From an uncultured Gammaproteobacteria bacterium (GTDB lineage: Bacteria > Pseudomonadota > Gammaproteobacteria > Steroidobacterales > XN24), in assembly GCA_947259915.1 (NCBI GenBank), contig CAMYOC010000050.1, forward strand, positions 61,342-125,341: a stretch of DNA of 64,000 nucleotides, in the 5' to 3' direction. The position numbers were made by a program, and so were the translations under genes. Shown in pieces: positions 12,553-23,122 of the stretch. The notes under the pieces are model-generated. The model ran no database searches. It was not told where the DNA came from and worked only from the letters and a program-made list of their open reading frames with translations. How positions within the stretch are numbered: position 1 is the stretch's first letter; every line of letters begins with the position of its first letter.

Positions 12553-13947
12553 TCAAATTACCAGAACACCGGTGCGGTCACAATCGCGCCCGGCCCCTAG
12601 CGGCGCCTGCTCCCAGCGCAGCCGCCAGCCCGCCTGGCCTGGCGCCGCCAGTGCATCCCCGGACAGCCAGCGATCGGCAATCGCGAGCAGTCGATTCTGC
12701 GCAAACACCATGGGCACATGACCGCGCCACCACGGCGGCACACCGATTTCCTGAAACAGTGTCTTGAGGCGTCGATGATGCGTGCCGCCGGCGGGCTCTA
12801 CCTGTTCGCCGCGGCGCCGGAAGCGGATATCGAGGGGCGCCTGTTCCAGCCAGGAGTCATCGATCCCCCCGGCCGGGTCAGACACCCAGCTCAGGCTTCC
12901 CATCCCGGGGCCCAGTGCCAGCGACGTCCCGACACTGCGCCAGACAGACGGTTGGGGCCGGTGCGCGAGCGTCTCGAGCTGAGACGCGTTGAGCGCAAAG
13001 ACGCGATCGCGATACTTGCGCAAGGATGCGCCGGACCAGTTCACCTCCGCCCGCGCGTCGCGGCGCGCCGGGATCAACGCCTCTACCACCGTCTGCAGAC
13101 GGCGCGCCCCCGGGAGCGGCAGACCGCGGCGGCGCAGCCACAGCCGCAACAGGTTGCGCTGACGCGCTTCGCTGAGCTGCGCCAGCGACCCTGCACGGAG
13201 ACCGTCATCAGCGGCTACGGCCGCCAGGTCGATGGCGCCGAGTTCTTCCAGCAGCCGCTGCGCCTCGGCGCAATGTCCGGCGCTGCGGCCCAGGCTGGCC
13301 GCCGCGGCTGGCCAGCGCTGGCGTAGTGTCGGCAGCACCTTGAGCCGCAGATAATTACGCCCCGGCAAGCAATCCTCGTTGCTGGGGTCCTCCTGCCAGA
13401 CCAGGCCGCGACTGCGCGCCCACGCCTCGAGTTCGGCGCGGGTGAAATCCAGCAGCGGCCTGATCAGCCAGCCGCCGGCGAATGCCCGGCACCCCGGCAT
13501 CGCTGCCAGACCGGCGGGTCCGGCGCCGCGCAGAAGCTGCAGCAGCACTGTTTCCATCTGGTCGTCGCCGTGATGAGCAGTAAGCAGACACGCCCCCTGC
13601 GCCAGACCCTCGCCCAGCGCCGCGTAGCGCACGGCCCTCGCCGCGGCCTCAGGGCTGTCCCCAGGGCGGAGGGGCACGGTCACCGTCACCGACTTCAGCG
13701 GCATGCCGAGTTCGGCACAATGTGCCGCGCAGGCGGCAGCCCATGTAGCAGAATCGGGATGCAGGCCGTGATCTACGTGGACTGCGTCGAGCTTGCCCAC
13801 GAGGCCGTCGGCGCGCAGAGCGGCCAACCCGTGCAGCAACACCACCGAGTCGACGCCGCCGCTGAGCGCGACGCGCAGCGGGCTGGCGGGAGAGAAAACG
13901 GAAATTCGCTGCAGGGCCTCGTGCAGACGGTGCACCGAGAAGCTCAC
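12553..13947 (-). CDS. tilS: tRNA(Ile)-lysidine synthase
   Basis: PP-loop ALSGGVDSVVLLH and the tilS-accA synteny. GTG start at 13947. Confidence 0.9.
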   Translation of the reverse strand: MSFSVHRLHEALQRISVFSPASPLRVALSGGVDSVVLLHGLAALRADGLVGKLDAVHVDHGLHPDSATWAAACAAHCAELGMPLKSVTVTVPLRPGDSPEAAARAVRYAALGEGLAQGACLLTAHHGDDQMETVLLQLLRGAGPAGLAAMPGCRAFAGGWLIRPLLDFTRAELEAWARSRGLVWQEDPSNEDCLPGRNYLRLKVLPTLRQRWPAAAASLGRSAGHCAEAQRLLEELGAIDLAAVAADDGLRAGSLAQLSEARQRNLLRLWLRRRGLPLPGARRLQTVVEALIPARRDARAEVNWSGASLRKYRDRVFALNASQLETLAHRPQPSVWRSVGTSLALGPGMGSLSWVSDPAGGIDDSWLEQAPLDIRFRRRGEQVEPAGGTHHRRLKTLFQEIGVPPWWRGHVPMVFAQNRLLAIADRWLSGDALAAPGQAGWRLRWEQAPLGAGRDCDRTGVLVI

Positions 13948-13959
13948 GGCCGGCGGCCC

Positions 13960-14919
13960 CTATTCCTCCCTGAACCGCCCGAAGGAGGCGAACCGTTGAT
14001 AGCGCGCTGCCAGCAGGTCATCCAGGGAATGTCGACGCAGCTCATCCAGATTACTGACCAGCGCATTGCGCAGAGATTGCGCCATGGCGTCCGCATCCCG
14101 ATGAGCACCGCCCAACGGCTCGCGCAGGACCTCGTCTACCAGACCGAGACTATTCAGCCGGTCAGCCGTGACACCCATGGCCTCCGCCGCGTCTTCCGCC
14201 TTGTCAGCGCTCTTCCAGAGGATCGAGGCGCAACCTTCCGGAGAGATCACCGAATAGATGCTGTATTCGAGCATGATCAGCCGGTCACCGACGCCGATCG
14301 CCAGCGCGCCGCCGGAACCCCCTTCACCGATCACGACGTTGACAATGGGCACGGCCAGACGGGACATTTCAAACAGATTGCGGGCGATGGCCTCGCTCTG
14401 GCCCCGTTCTTCGGCGCCGACCCCGGGATAGGCGCCGGGCGTATCGATAAAGGTGACCAGCGGCAGCTTGAAACGCTCGGCCATGCGCATCAGGCGCAGC
14501 GCCTTGCGATAACCCTCGGGCCGCGGCATACCGAAATTGCGCCGCACTTTCTCCTTGGTATCGCGCCCCTTTTGCTGGCCGATCACGACCAGGGGTTCAC
14601 CTTCCAGCCGGGCGAGGCCGCCGACGATAGCGGCGTCGTCCGCATAGCAGCGGTCACCATGCAATTCCTCGAACCCGGAGAAGAGTCTCTCGATGTAGTC
14701 CAGGGTGTACGGCCGGGACGGATGCCGGGCCAGCTGCGCGATCTGCCAGGCACTGAGGTTGGAGAAGATACTGCGCGTCAGGGAATCGCTCTTGCTCTTG
14801 AGCCGGGCGATCTCCTCGTTCAGATTGACCACCGAATCGTCGCCGACGTAGCGCAACTCGTCGATCTTCGCCTCGAGTTCAGCGATCGGCTGCTCGAAGT
14901 CCAGGAAATTCATGTTCAT
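13960..14919 (-). CDS. accA: acetyl-CoA carboxylase carboxyltransferase subunit alpha
   Basis: [23 protein letters not shown].. aligns with the E. coli AccA N-terminus. ATG 14919 is preceded by GGGGA. Confidence 0.95.
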   Translation of the reverse strand: MNMNFLDFEQPIAELEAKIDELRYVGDDSVVNLNEEIARLKSKSDSLTRSIFSNLSAWQIAQLARHPSRPYTLDYIERLFSGFEELHGDRCYADDAAIVGGLARLEGEPLVVIGQQKGRDTKEKVRRNFGMPRPEGYRKALRLMRMAERFKLPLVTFIDTPGAYPGVGAEERGQSEAIARNLFEMSRLAVPIVNVVIGEGGSGGALAIGVGDRLIMLEYSIYSVISPEGCASILWKSADKAEDAAEAMGVTADRLNSLGLVDEVLREPLGGAHRDADAMAQSLRNALVSNLDELRRHSLDDLLAARYQRFASFGRFREE

Positions 14920-14979
14920 CGGTGGTCCCCGCCGCGCCCGAGGGCAAACACTAGCGAGCCCCGCCGTGACTGGCAAGCA

Positions 14980-17900
14980 TCAGCTGTCCAGCTGTCGCGC
15001 ATAAACCAGGCGCACGTTCTCGCCCCCTACCAGCCGTCCCAGCCGCTGCAGCAACTCACCGGTGGGTCGGACCTGCCAGTCAGCACCCAGATTCAGACGC
15101 GCGGCGGCGCCGCCACCCTCGTAAACCACGGCCACCGGGCAACGGCCCTGCCGGAACGGTTGCAGGGCCCCGCGCAGCTGTTCCACAAACTGCTCACCCG
15201 AGCCGTTCACCTGCCAGCGGATCAACAAACGCGCGGCGCGCTGCTCTCGCGCTTCATCGATATCGCAGACCTTGCGCACATTGATCCGCCAGTCGTCGAT
15301 AAAGTCGTCGAAACGCAGACTGCCTTCCACCACCAGGATCGCGTCCGGCGCGATGATGTTGCGAAACTCCTGGAAGGTCTCGTCGAACAAGGTCGCCTCG
15401 ATGCGACCGCTGCGGTCGTCCAGCACCAGGCTGACCCGGTTGCCGCGCCGTCGCATACTGACCACGAGGCCGGCGATCAACACCTCGCGGCGATTCTTGC
15501 CGTAGTGCCGGTCGGCCTCCCGCTCGGCGCCGACGATGTCGGCGATGCGGGCGCTGGTCAGCTGCGGCAGGTCCTCCCGGTACGCATCGATGGGATGACC
15601 GGTCAGATAGAGACCCAGGGTCTCCTTTTCCGCGGCCAGACGCTCGGCGTCGCTCCAGTCTGGCAGGGTTTCGAGCGGTAGCGATTCCACCGTCGCCGGC
15701 CCGTCGGCTGCCGGCATGCCGAACATGTCCTCCTGACCGGCCGCCTGGGCCTGAGCATGCTGATCCGCCCGCCGCATGGCCAGCGGCAGCTGATGCATCA
15801 GGGTGGCCCGATTCGGGCCCAGGTTGTCGAGGGCACCGGAGCGGATCAGCGCTTCCAGCACGCGCCGGTTGGAACGCTGCAGATCAGCCCGTGCGCACAG
15901 GTCCAGCAGGTCGGTGAACGGGCCGTTGGCCTCGCATTCGTCGATCAGGCTCTGCACAGCCCCCTGGCCAACGCCCTTGATCGCGCCGAGACCATAGCGC
16001 ATCGAGGCGGGCCCGGAGACGCTGAACACGTATTGAGAGCTATTGATATCCGGCGGCTGCACGTCCAGACCCATGCGCGCGCATTCATCGATCAGGGTAA
16101 CGATCTTGTCGGTGTGATCCATATCCGCCGACAGTACGGCCGACATAAAGGCCGCCGGATAGTGCGCCTTCAGCCACGCGGTCTGGTAGGACAACATCGC
16201 ATAGGCGGCGGAATGGCTCTTGTTGAAACCGTAACCAGCGAACTTCTCCATCAGATCGAAGATATAAGTGGCCGTGCCCTCTGCGACACCCCGTGCGGTG
16301 GCGCCATTGACGAAGATCGAACGCTGTTTCGCCATCTCTTCCGGTTTCTTTTTACCCATCGCACGCCGCAGCAGGTCCGCCGCGCCCAGCGTGTAGCCGG
16401 CGAGGTCCTGTGCGATCTGCATTACCTGTTCCTGATACAGGATCACGCCATAGGTCGGCTTGAGAATGGGCTCCAGCGTGGGGTGCATATAGTCGATGGG
16501 TTCCTGGTTCCGACCATGCTTGCGATTGATAAAGTCGTCGACCATCCCGGACTGCAGCGGGCCCGGCCGGAACAAGGCCACCAGCGCGATGATCTCGTCA
16601 AAGCGGTCTGGCTGCAGCCGCTTGATCAGATCCTTCATGCCACGGGATTCAAGCTGGAACACGGCGGTCGTGCCACAGGACTTGAGTAGCGCGAACGTGG
16701 CAGCGTCATCCATCGGGATCGAGGCCAGCTCGATGGGCGCTGCGGCGGCCTCCTGACGGATCCGGTTCACCCGGCGCATCGCGCGGTCGATGATGGTCAG
16801 GGTGCGCAGCCCGAGGAAGTCGAACTTGACCAGTCCGACTGACTCCACGTCGTCCTTGTCGAACTGGCTGACCGGACTGCCGCCGGGCTCTTCGTAATAC
16901 AGCGGTGTGAACTCGGTCAGCGGACCCGGCGCGATCACCACACCACCCGCATGTTTGCCGGCGTTGCGTGCCAGCCCCTCCAGCTGGCACGCCAGATCGA
17001 TCAGCGAACGGACCTCATCCTCGGCCTTGTACAGACGCTTGAGTTCGTCGTCCTGTTCCAGCGCTTTATTCAGTGTCATCCCGACTTCAAACGGGATCAG
17101 CTTGGCCACCTTGTCGACGAAACCGTACGGATGCCCGAGGATTCGGCCCACATCGCGCACCACTGCCCGGGCCGCCATGGTGCCGAAGGTGATTATCTGG
17201 GATACGCTTTCCCGCCCATAACGCTGAGCGACATAGTCGATGACCCGGTCGCGTCCCTCCATGCAAAAGTCGATGTCGAAGTCCGGCATCGAGATTCGCT
17301 CTGGATTTAGAAATCGCTCGAAAAGAAGATCATAAGCTATTGGATCTAAATCCGTTATTCCCAGAACATAGGCGACAAGGGAGCCGGCACCCGAGCCGCG
17401 GCCCGGCCCCACCGGGATGCCATTTTCCCGCGCCCAGTGGATAAAATCGGCCACGATCAGGAAGTAGCCGGGAAAACCCATGCCACAGATGACATCGATC
17501 TCCCGCTCCAGACGCTGGTGATAAACCGCCTCATCGACCGGCTCGCCGCCGGCGTCGGCGGCCGCGCACAAGGCAGGCAATCGCGCCTGCAGCGACTCCC
17601 GTGCGGTCTGGGCCAGGTATGCCGATGCATCCATGCCCTCGGGCACCGGGAAATCCGGCAATACACTGTGGCCGAGTTTCAGCTCGAGATTGCAGCGCCG
17701 CGCGATCTGCAGCGCGTTGTCCAGAGCCTCGGGTAGCTCGGCGAATTGCTCGGCCATCTCATCGCCGCTCTTGAGATACTGCTGCGGTGAATAATTGCGT
17801 GGCCGCGCCGGATCGTCGAGAGTAAAGCCCTGCTGGATGCAGACCCGTGCCTCGTGTGCCTCGAAGTCATCAGGCGCGATAAAGCGTACGTCGTTGGTCG

Positions 17901-18543
17901 CCACCACCGGCACGCCTGCCGCGGCTGCCAGCGTCACCGCGCCCTGATTGTATTCGGCCTCGTGCTCGCGACCGGTGCGGTGCAGTTCCAGATAAAAACG
18001 GTCGCCGAAGCAGCGCAGCCATTCGTCCAGCCGCGCACGCGCCTCGGCCGGCCGGTCACCCAGCAAATCGCGGCCGATGTCGCCCTCCCGCCCACCCGAC
18101 AGCGCGATCAGACCACCGGCGCGGTCGGCCAGCCATGCACGTTGCATGACCGGGCGGCCACGGCGGCGCGTTTCTGCGTAGCTCATGCTGACCAGTTCGG
18201 ACAAGTGGCGGAAGCCCTGTCGGTCCTGGCACAGCAACAGCAGACGCGAAGGCGGCAGGCTCTCACCCTCGTCGATCAGCGCATCGACGCCGATGATCGG
18301 CTTGACCCCCATGGCCATGGCGCTGCGATAAAAACGCACCATCACGAACAGGTTACTGAGATCGGTCAATGCCACGGCCGGCATATTGCGTTCGGCCGCC
18401 GCGGCGATCAGTCCCTTGATGCGGACCACACTGTCGGCCAGCGAATACTCGCTGTGCACGCTCAGATGGACAAACGGGGTACTCAAGCGGCGCTCCACGT
18501 GGCCTGCTCTACGGGTCGGAAAGAGCGCCGGTGCGCCGGACAC
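14980..18543 (-). CDS. dnaE: DNA polymerase III subunit alpha
   Basis: PHP motif [11 protein letters not shown], then ..[21 protein letters not shown].. and ..[13 protein letters not shown].. The start is uncertain: 18543 is GTG, and TTG 18486 (MSTPFVHL) overlaps the rnhB stop as TTGA. Confidence 0.96.
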   Translation of the reverse strand: MSGAPALFPTRRAGHVERRLSTPFVHLSVHSEYSLADSVVRIKGLIAAAAERNMPAVALTDLSNLFVMVRFYRSAMAMGVKPIIGVDALIDEGESLPPSRLLLLCQDRQGFRHLSELVSMSYAETRRRGRPVMQRAWLADRAGGLIALSGGREGDIGRDLLGDRPAEARARLDEWLRCFGDRFYLELHRTGREHEAEYNQGAVTLAAAAGVPVVATNDVRFIAPDDFEAHEARVCIQQGFTLDDPARPRNYSPQQYLKSGDEMAEQFAELPEALDNALQIARRCNLELKLGHSVLPDFPVPEGMDASAYLAQTARESLQARLPALCAAADAGGEPVDEAVYHQRLEREIDVICGMGFPGYFLIVADFIHWARENGIPVGPGRGSGAGSLVAYVLGITDLDPIAYDLLFERFLNPERISMPDFDIDFCMEGRDRVIDYVAQRYGRESVSQIITFGTMAARAVVRDVGRILGHPYGFVDKVAKLIPFEVGMTLNKALEQDDELKRLYKAEDEVRSLIDLACQLEGLARNAGKHAGGVVIAPGPLTEFTPLYYEEPGGSPVSQFDKDDVESVGLVKFDFLGLRTLTIIDRAMRRVNRIRQEAAAAPIELASIPMDDAATFALLKSCGTTAVFQLESRGMKDLIKRLQPDRFDEIIALVALFRPGPLQSGMVDDFINRKHGRNQEPIDYMHPTLEPILKPTYGVILYQEQVMQIAQDLAGYTLGAADLLRRAMGKKKPEEMAKQRSIFVNGATARGVAEGTATYIFDLMEKFAGYGFNKSHSAAYAMLSYQTAWLKAHYPAAFMSAVLSADMDHTDKIVTLIDECARMGLDVQPPDINSSQYVFSVSGPASMRYGLGAIKGVGQGAVQSLIDECEANGPFTDLLDLCARADLQRSNRRVLEALIRSGALDNLGPNRATLMHQLPLAMRRADQHAQAQAAGQEDMFGMPAADGPATVESLPLETLPDWSDAERLAAEKETLGLYLTGHPIDAYREDLPQLTSARIADIVGAEREADRHYGKNRREVLIAGLVVSMRRRGNRVSLVLDDRSGRIEATLFDETFQEFRNIIAPDAILVVEGSLRFDDFIDDWRINVRKVCDIDEAREQRAARLLIRWQVNGSGEQFVEQLRGALQPFRQGRCPVAVVYEGGGAAARLNLGADWQVRPTGELLQRLGRLVGGENVRLVYARQLDS

Positions 18544-19094
18544 GGACCGAGACCCGCCAGCGCCTCGATATGACTGCGGGTCGGATAGCCCTTGTGCCGC
18601 CCGAAGCCGTATCCAGGATAAACCGCGTCGAGCCGCTCCATATACCGGTCCCGGGCGACCTTGGCGACGATCGAAGCCGCACTGATGGCCTGCACCCTGG
18701 CGTCGCCACCGACGATGGCCTCCACCGTGCAGTCCAGACGTGGGCAGCGGTTGCCGTCGACCTGTACATGCTGCGGACGCAGGGCCAGACCGAGTACTGC
18801 GCGCCGCATCGCCAACATGGTCGCGCGCAGAATATTCACCGTATCGATCTCGGCCGCATCGGCCCAGGCCAGAGACCAGGCCAGGGCCGTGTGCCGGATC
18901 CGGGCCGCCAGCACCTCGCGTCGTCCAGGGCTCAGTTTCTTTGAATCGGCCAGGCCATCGGGGATCCCGGCCGGGTCGAGTATCACCGCGGCAGCGACCA
19001 CGGGCCCGGCCAGCGGGCCCCGACCCGCCTCATCCACACCGGCACACAGGACGTCCGCAAATATGGGCAGTCCGGCTTGCGCGTCCCGGCGCAT
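18483..19094 (-). CDS. rnhB: ribonuclease HII
   Basis: ..[28 protein letters not shown].. is the RNase HII active-site region. ATG 19094 overlaps the lpxB stop. Confidence 0.93.
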   Translation of the reverse strand: MRRDAQAGLPIFADVLCAGVDEAGRGPLAGPVVAAAVILDPAGIPDGLADSKKLSPGRREVLAARIRHTALAWSLAWADAAEIDTVNILRATMLAMRRAVLGLALRPQHVQVDGNRCPRLDCTVEAIVGGDARVQAISAASIVAKVARDRYMERLDAVYPGYGFGRHKGYPTRSHIEALAGLGPCPAHRRSFRPVEQATWSAA

Positions 19095-20254
19095 CAACAC
19101 TCCCCATGAGCCGCAGCACAACAATCCAGCACGGCCCGGGCAGCGCGCTTGTCGGCGCCCTGACGCAGCTGACGATGGATATCACCAAATGCGGCCAGCG
19201 CATCTTCCCTGCGTGATCGGTCATCGAGCCAGTTCAAAACCGCCTCGCCCAAGGCCGCTGGCTTGACTGCCGTTTGCAGCAACTCCGGCACCAGATCGCG
19301 CCCGGACAGCAGGTTCGGCAGCGAGAATCTATCGATGCGCACGAGCTTGAAGGTCTCCAGCAACCATTGGCTGATACGTGACAAGCGGTAGGCTACTACC
19401 ATCGGCCGCTTTAGCAAGGCGGCCTCCAGGGCGGCAGTGCCGGACGCCAGCAATACCACGTCTGCGGCGCTCATCGCCTCCAGCGAGCGGCCATCGATCA
19501 GTTCGACCGGCGCGCTGCCGGCGTGGGTTGCCAGCGCAGCGGTAAACATGGAGCGGATCGCCGGGCTGGCCATCGGCGCGACAAAACGTAGTGATGGGCG
19601 ACGCCGGTGCAGCCAGCCGATCGCCGCGGCGAAATCCTCACCCAGGGCGCGCAGCTCACCGACACGGCTGCCCGGCAATACCGCCACCAGCGTGCCCTCG
19701 GTTTCGAGGCCAAGCATCTGGCGAGCGACCAGGGCGTCCGTCTGCATCGGGATCGCGTCGGCCAGGGGATGACCGACAAACACCGCGTCGACGCGAGCCT
19801 CGGTGTAGGCAGCGCACTCGAACGGCAGCAGACAAAGCACCCGGTCAACCGACCGCCCCATCTTGCGGGCGCGCCCAGGCCGCCAGGCCCAGATCGACGG
19901 GCTGACATAGTGGACCACGGGAATGCCCGCGCGTTTCAGCCGCCGTTCGAGGCCCAGATTGAAATCTGGCGCGTCGATACCGACGAACACGTCGGGCGGT
20001 ATGGCCAGCAAACGCCGGCCGAGCTCCCGGCGCAGACGCAGCAGCCGCGGCAAATCCGCGACCACCTCGCTCAGACCCATGACCGCAAGTTTCTCGCTGG
20101 GCCACCAGGCGGTGCAGCCCGCCGCCACCATCTCGGGCCCGGCCACGCCCTCAAATACGGCATCCGGATGCTCCAGCCGGATCGCGCGGATGAGGCCGGC
20201 ACCAAGCTTGTCACCCGAGGCCTCTCCGGCCAGGAGGAAGATTTTCAGCGCCAT
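19094..20254 (-). CDS. lpxB: lipid-A-disaccharide synthase
   Basis: [15 protein letters not shown].. is a canonical LpxB N-terminus. It sits in the lpxD-fabZ-lpxA-lpxB-rnhB order. Confidence 0.93.
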   Translation of the reverse strand: MALKIFLLAGEASGDKLGAGLIRAIRLEHPDAVFEGVAGPEMVAAGCTAWWPSEKLAVMGLSEVVADLPRLLRLRRELGRRLLAIPPDVFVGIDAPDFNLGLERRLKRAGIPVVHYVSPSIWAWRPGRARKMGRSVDRVLCLLPFECAAYTEARVDAVFVGHPLADAIPMQTDALVARQMLGLETEGTLVAVLPGSRVGELRALGEDFAAAIGWLHRRRPSLRFVAPMASPAIRSMFTAALATHAGSAPVELIDGRSLEAMSAADVVLLASGTAALEAALLKRPMVVAYRLSRISQWLLETFKLVRIDRFSLPNLLSGRDLVPELLQTAVKPAALGEAVLNWLDDRSRREDALAAFGDIHRQLRQGADKRAARAVLDCCAAAHGEC

Positions 20255-20282
20255 GGTGACAGTGTAGGGGGCGCAACCGACA

Positions 20283-21053
20283 CTAGCGTACGACGCTGCG
20301 CTTGGACGCGCGCAACGTTGCCAGCATCACCTCCAGTTCGGGCTTGGTATCTGCCTCCGCGGCGATCGCCTCGACCGCGTCGACAAATTTGAGACCGGAG
20401 CGATACAGGGTCTTGTAAGCCCAACGGATGTTGCCGATCTGTGCGGCATCGAAATCACGCCGCTTTAGTCCTTCGCTGTTGATGCCGCGGGGCTCTGCCG
20501 GCTGTCCGGACACGGTGACATAGGCCGGGATGTCCCGGGTCACGCCGCTGAACATCGCGCACAGCACGTAGGAGCCGATCTGACAGAACTGGTGGACCCC
20601 GACAAACCCACCCAGGACAGCGCAATCCCCCAGGGCCACGTGCCCGGCCAGGGTGACGTTGTTGGCCAGCACGTTATCGTTGCCGACCACGCAATCATGC
20701 GCGATATGGACATAGGCCATGATCCAGTTGTCATCACCGATCCGGGTCACGCCCAGGTCTTGTGCGGTACCCCGGTTGATGGTGCAGCTCTCGCGGATGG
20801 TATTGCGCTCACCGATCTCGAGACGGGTGTCCTCGCCGGCGTACTTCTTGTCCTGGGGATCATCGCCGATCGAGCAGAACGGAAAGATGCGGCTGCCGCG
20901 ACCGATTCGGGTCGGCCCCTTTATCACCACATGAGAACCGATCCGGCATTCGTCACCGATCTCGACATCGGCACCGATCACCGCATAGGGACCGATTTCG
21001 ACACCGTCCCCGAGTTCGACTCCAGGATCGACGATGGCGCTCGGATGGATCAA
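20283..21053 (-). CDS. lpxA: acyl-ACP--UDP-N-acetylglucosamine O-acyltransferase
   Basis: [15 protein letters not shown].. followed by hexapeptide repeats. The TTG start at 21053 overlaps the fabZ stop. Confidence 0.94.
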   Translation of the reverse strand: MIHPSAIVDPGVELGDGVEIGPYAVIGADVEIGDECRIGSHVVIKGPTRIGRGSRIFPFCSIGDDPQDKKYAGEDTRLEIGERNTIRESCTINRGTAQDLGVTRIGDDNWIMAYVHIAHDCVVGNDNVLANNVTLAGHVALGDCAVLGGFVGVHQFCQIGSYVLCAMFSGVTRDIPAYVTVSGQPAEPRGINSEGLKRRDFDAAQIGNIRWAYKTLYRSGLKFVDAVEAIAAEADTKPELEVMLATLRASKRSVVR

Positions 21054-21508
21054 TCCGCCCCGCCCCGCGGCGCCACCATCATTTCGCAGCTGGCGGCGGT
21101 CTCACCGTCCACTGTCGCCTTGGCCGAGAACCGCCAGATGCCGCGCAGGATGCGCTCCAAGCTCACGCTGAGCGTGAGCTGATCTCCCGGCAACACCGGT
21201 CTGCGGAAACGCGCCTTGTCGATGGACACGAAATAAAAGGTCTGATCCGGGTCCGGCGGTCCCCCCTGGGTCGCGAACGCCAGCAGCCCCGCGGCCTGGG
21301 CCAGGGCCTCGATAATCATCACCCCGGGCATCACCGGACGGCCCGGGAAGTGCCCCTGAAAGAATGGCTCATTGATGGTGACATTTTTTAACGCCTGCAG
21401 AGACTCGCCGGGCGCGCATGCGATCACCCGATCGACCAGCAGGAACGGGTAACGATGCGGCAGATAATCCATGATCTGCCCGATATCCATTGTCGTGGTG
21501 TCATTCAT
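21050..21508 (-). CDS. fabZ: 3-hydroxyacyl-ACP dehydratase FabZ
   Basis: ..[31 protein letters not shown].. are FabZ motifs. ATG 21508 lies just after the lpxD stop. Confidence 0.95.
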   Translation of the reverse strand: MNDTTTMDIGQIMDYLPHRYPFLLVDRVIACAPGESLQALKNVTINEPFFQGHFPGRPVMPGVMIIEALAQAAGLLAFATQGGPPDPDQTFYFVSIDKARFRRPVLPGDQLTLSVSLERILRGIWRFSAKATVDGETAASCEMMVAPRGGAD

Positions 21509-22541
21509 CCTTCTGCTCCCCATCGTCGTTGCCCGCGGCCCGGCCCAGAGCCTTAACTTTTCTTGCCAGGCTGTCCAGCTGTCTGAAACGCGCGCTGTTT
21601 CTTCGCCATTGTCGTGCCTCGTCCAGCGGCAGCGCGCTTGAATAGACCCCGGGCTTGCGCAGTGAATGACTCACCAGGGTCTGACCCGTGATGACGGTAT
21701 CGTCACAGATCTCCAGATGCCCGGCGATCCCGACCATCCCGCCGATCATGCAGCGAGCGCCGATCACCGCGCTGCCTGATACACCGGTGCACCCGGCGAT
21801 GACCGTGTGCTCGCCGATGCGGACGTTGTGTCCGATCTGGATCTGGTTATCGAGCTTGACTCCGTCGCCAATGACGGTGTCCTCGATCGCGCCCCGATCG
21901 ATGGTCGTGTTGGCGCCGATCTCGACATCGCTGCCTATAGTCAGCCCGCCCAGCTGCGGCACCTTGACCCAGGCCTGACCGTCCTGTGCGATACCGAAGC
22001 CGTCGCTGCCCAGCACGACCCCGGGATGGAGTATGACCCGTTCACCGATGCGCACGCCCGCACAAACCACGACCCGCGCGACCAGACGGCAGTCAGCCTC
22101 CAGCCGGGCGTTTTGACCGATGATACTGCCCGGTCCGATAAACGTCCGCGGACCGATTCGGGCGCCTGCTTCGACCACGGCGCCAGGTCCGACCCAGGCA
22201 TCGGCTGCCACCTCGGCGGTCGGATCGACCACGGCCGCTGGCGAGACGCCGCCGGGCTGCGCCATGGCCGGAGCCAGCAGCGCCGCGACCCGGGCATAGA
22301 TCAGATAGGGATTGTCCGTGAGCAACGCCGGGGCTGGGAAATCTTCGGCGTCATCGGGCGTCATGATGACAGCCGCGGCACGCGTGTCGGCAAGGAGTCG
22401 CCGATAGCGTGGATTGGCGAGAAATGTTATCTGTCCCCGCTGCGCTCTGGCCAGAGTGCCGACGCCATCTATCACAACCCCCGGATCACCCTGGACAACG
22501 CAGCCAAAGCGCAGGCCCAGATCGCCCAGGGTGCAGGTCAT
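21501..22541 (-). CDS. lpxD: UDP-3-O-acylglucosamine N-acyltransferase
   Basis: Long left-handed beta-helix hexapeptide repeats, in the skp-lpxD-fabZ position. Confidence 0.92.
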   Translation of the reverse strand: MTCTLGDLGLRFGCVVQGDPGVVIDGVGTLARAQRGQITFLANPRYRRLLADTRAAAVIMTPDDAEDFPAPALLTDNPYLIYARVAALLAPAMAQPGGVSPAAVVDPTAEVAADAWVGPGAVVEAGARIGPRTFIGPGSIIGQNARLEADCRLVARVVVCAGVRIGERVILHPGVVLGSDGFGIAQDGQAWVKVPQLGGLTIGSDVEIGANTTIDRGAIEDTVIGDGVKLDNQIQIGHNVRIGEHTVIAGCTGVSGSAVIGARCMIGGMVGIAGHLEICDDTVITGQTLVSHSLRKPGVYSSALPLDEARQWRRNSARFRQLDSLARKVKALGRAAGNDDGEQKDE

Positions 22542-22553
22542 GGCGACCTCCGG

Positions 22554-23093
22554 TCAGTTAGAGCCAGAATTTGTCGCGCCGCGTGCCTGCAGAGCGGCCA
22601 GGACCTGGTCGGTCAAATCGACGCCGGTGCTGGCGTAGACCACACCGACGGCTTCACTGAGCACGATGTCGTAACCCTGCGCCTGAGCCACCCGCTGCAC
22701 TTCCTCGATCAGCATGCGCTGCAGCTTGCCCAGTTCTTCGTTGCGCCGCAGACTCAGATCCTCGCCGAACTCCGACTTGCCCCGGCTCATCTCCCGCTGC
22801 AGATCCCGCGCCTCGCGCTCGAGATTTTGACGCTCATCCTCGCTCATGAAGCCCTCGCTCTGGGTCAGGCGCTCCTCCATGGACTTGAGCTGCTCCTCGC
22901 GGCCCCGCAGCTCGCGCTGGCGCGGTGCAAACTCATCCTGCAGCGCGCGCTGGGATGCCTGAGCCTGAGGCGACTCATCCAGCAGACGCCCGAAATTGAC
23001 CACACCGATTTTCGCGGTCTGGGCCTGCGCCGCGCCCACGGCGAACATCAGGGTCACGAGCATCGCGCACGCAATTATTTGCTTTGCCTTCAT
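22554..23093 (-). CDS. skp: periplasmic chaperone Skp (OmpH)
   Basis: Signal peptide, then KIGVVNFGRLL.. and a charged coiled coil. It lies between bamA and lpxD. Confidence 0.82.
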   Translation of the reverse strand: MKAKQIIACAMLVTLMFAVGAAQAQTAKIGVVNFGRLLDESPQAQASQRALQDEFAPRQRELRGREEQLKSMEERLTQSEGFMSEDERQNLEREARDLQREMSRGKSEFGEDLSLRRNEELGKLQRMLIEEVQRVAQAQGYDIVLSEAVGVVYASTGVDLTDQVLAALQARGATNSGSN

Positions 23094-23122
23094 TCAAAAA
23101 ACTTCCTTACTATCGATTCAAA

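Noticed and set aside
13570-15681. 703-aa plus-strand ORF spanning tilS, accA and the dnaE 3' end
   Set aside because: It is antisense to three confidently identified genes. Its codon position 1 coincides with the wobble position of all three; I checked that tilS, accA and dnaE share the same phase. T-initiated stop codons are therefore depleted in a high-GC3 genome. The translation is Arg/Gly/Ala/Pro/His-rich low complexity with no recognisable motif.
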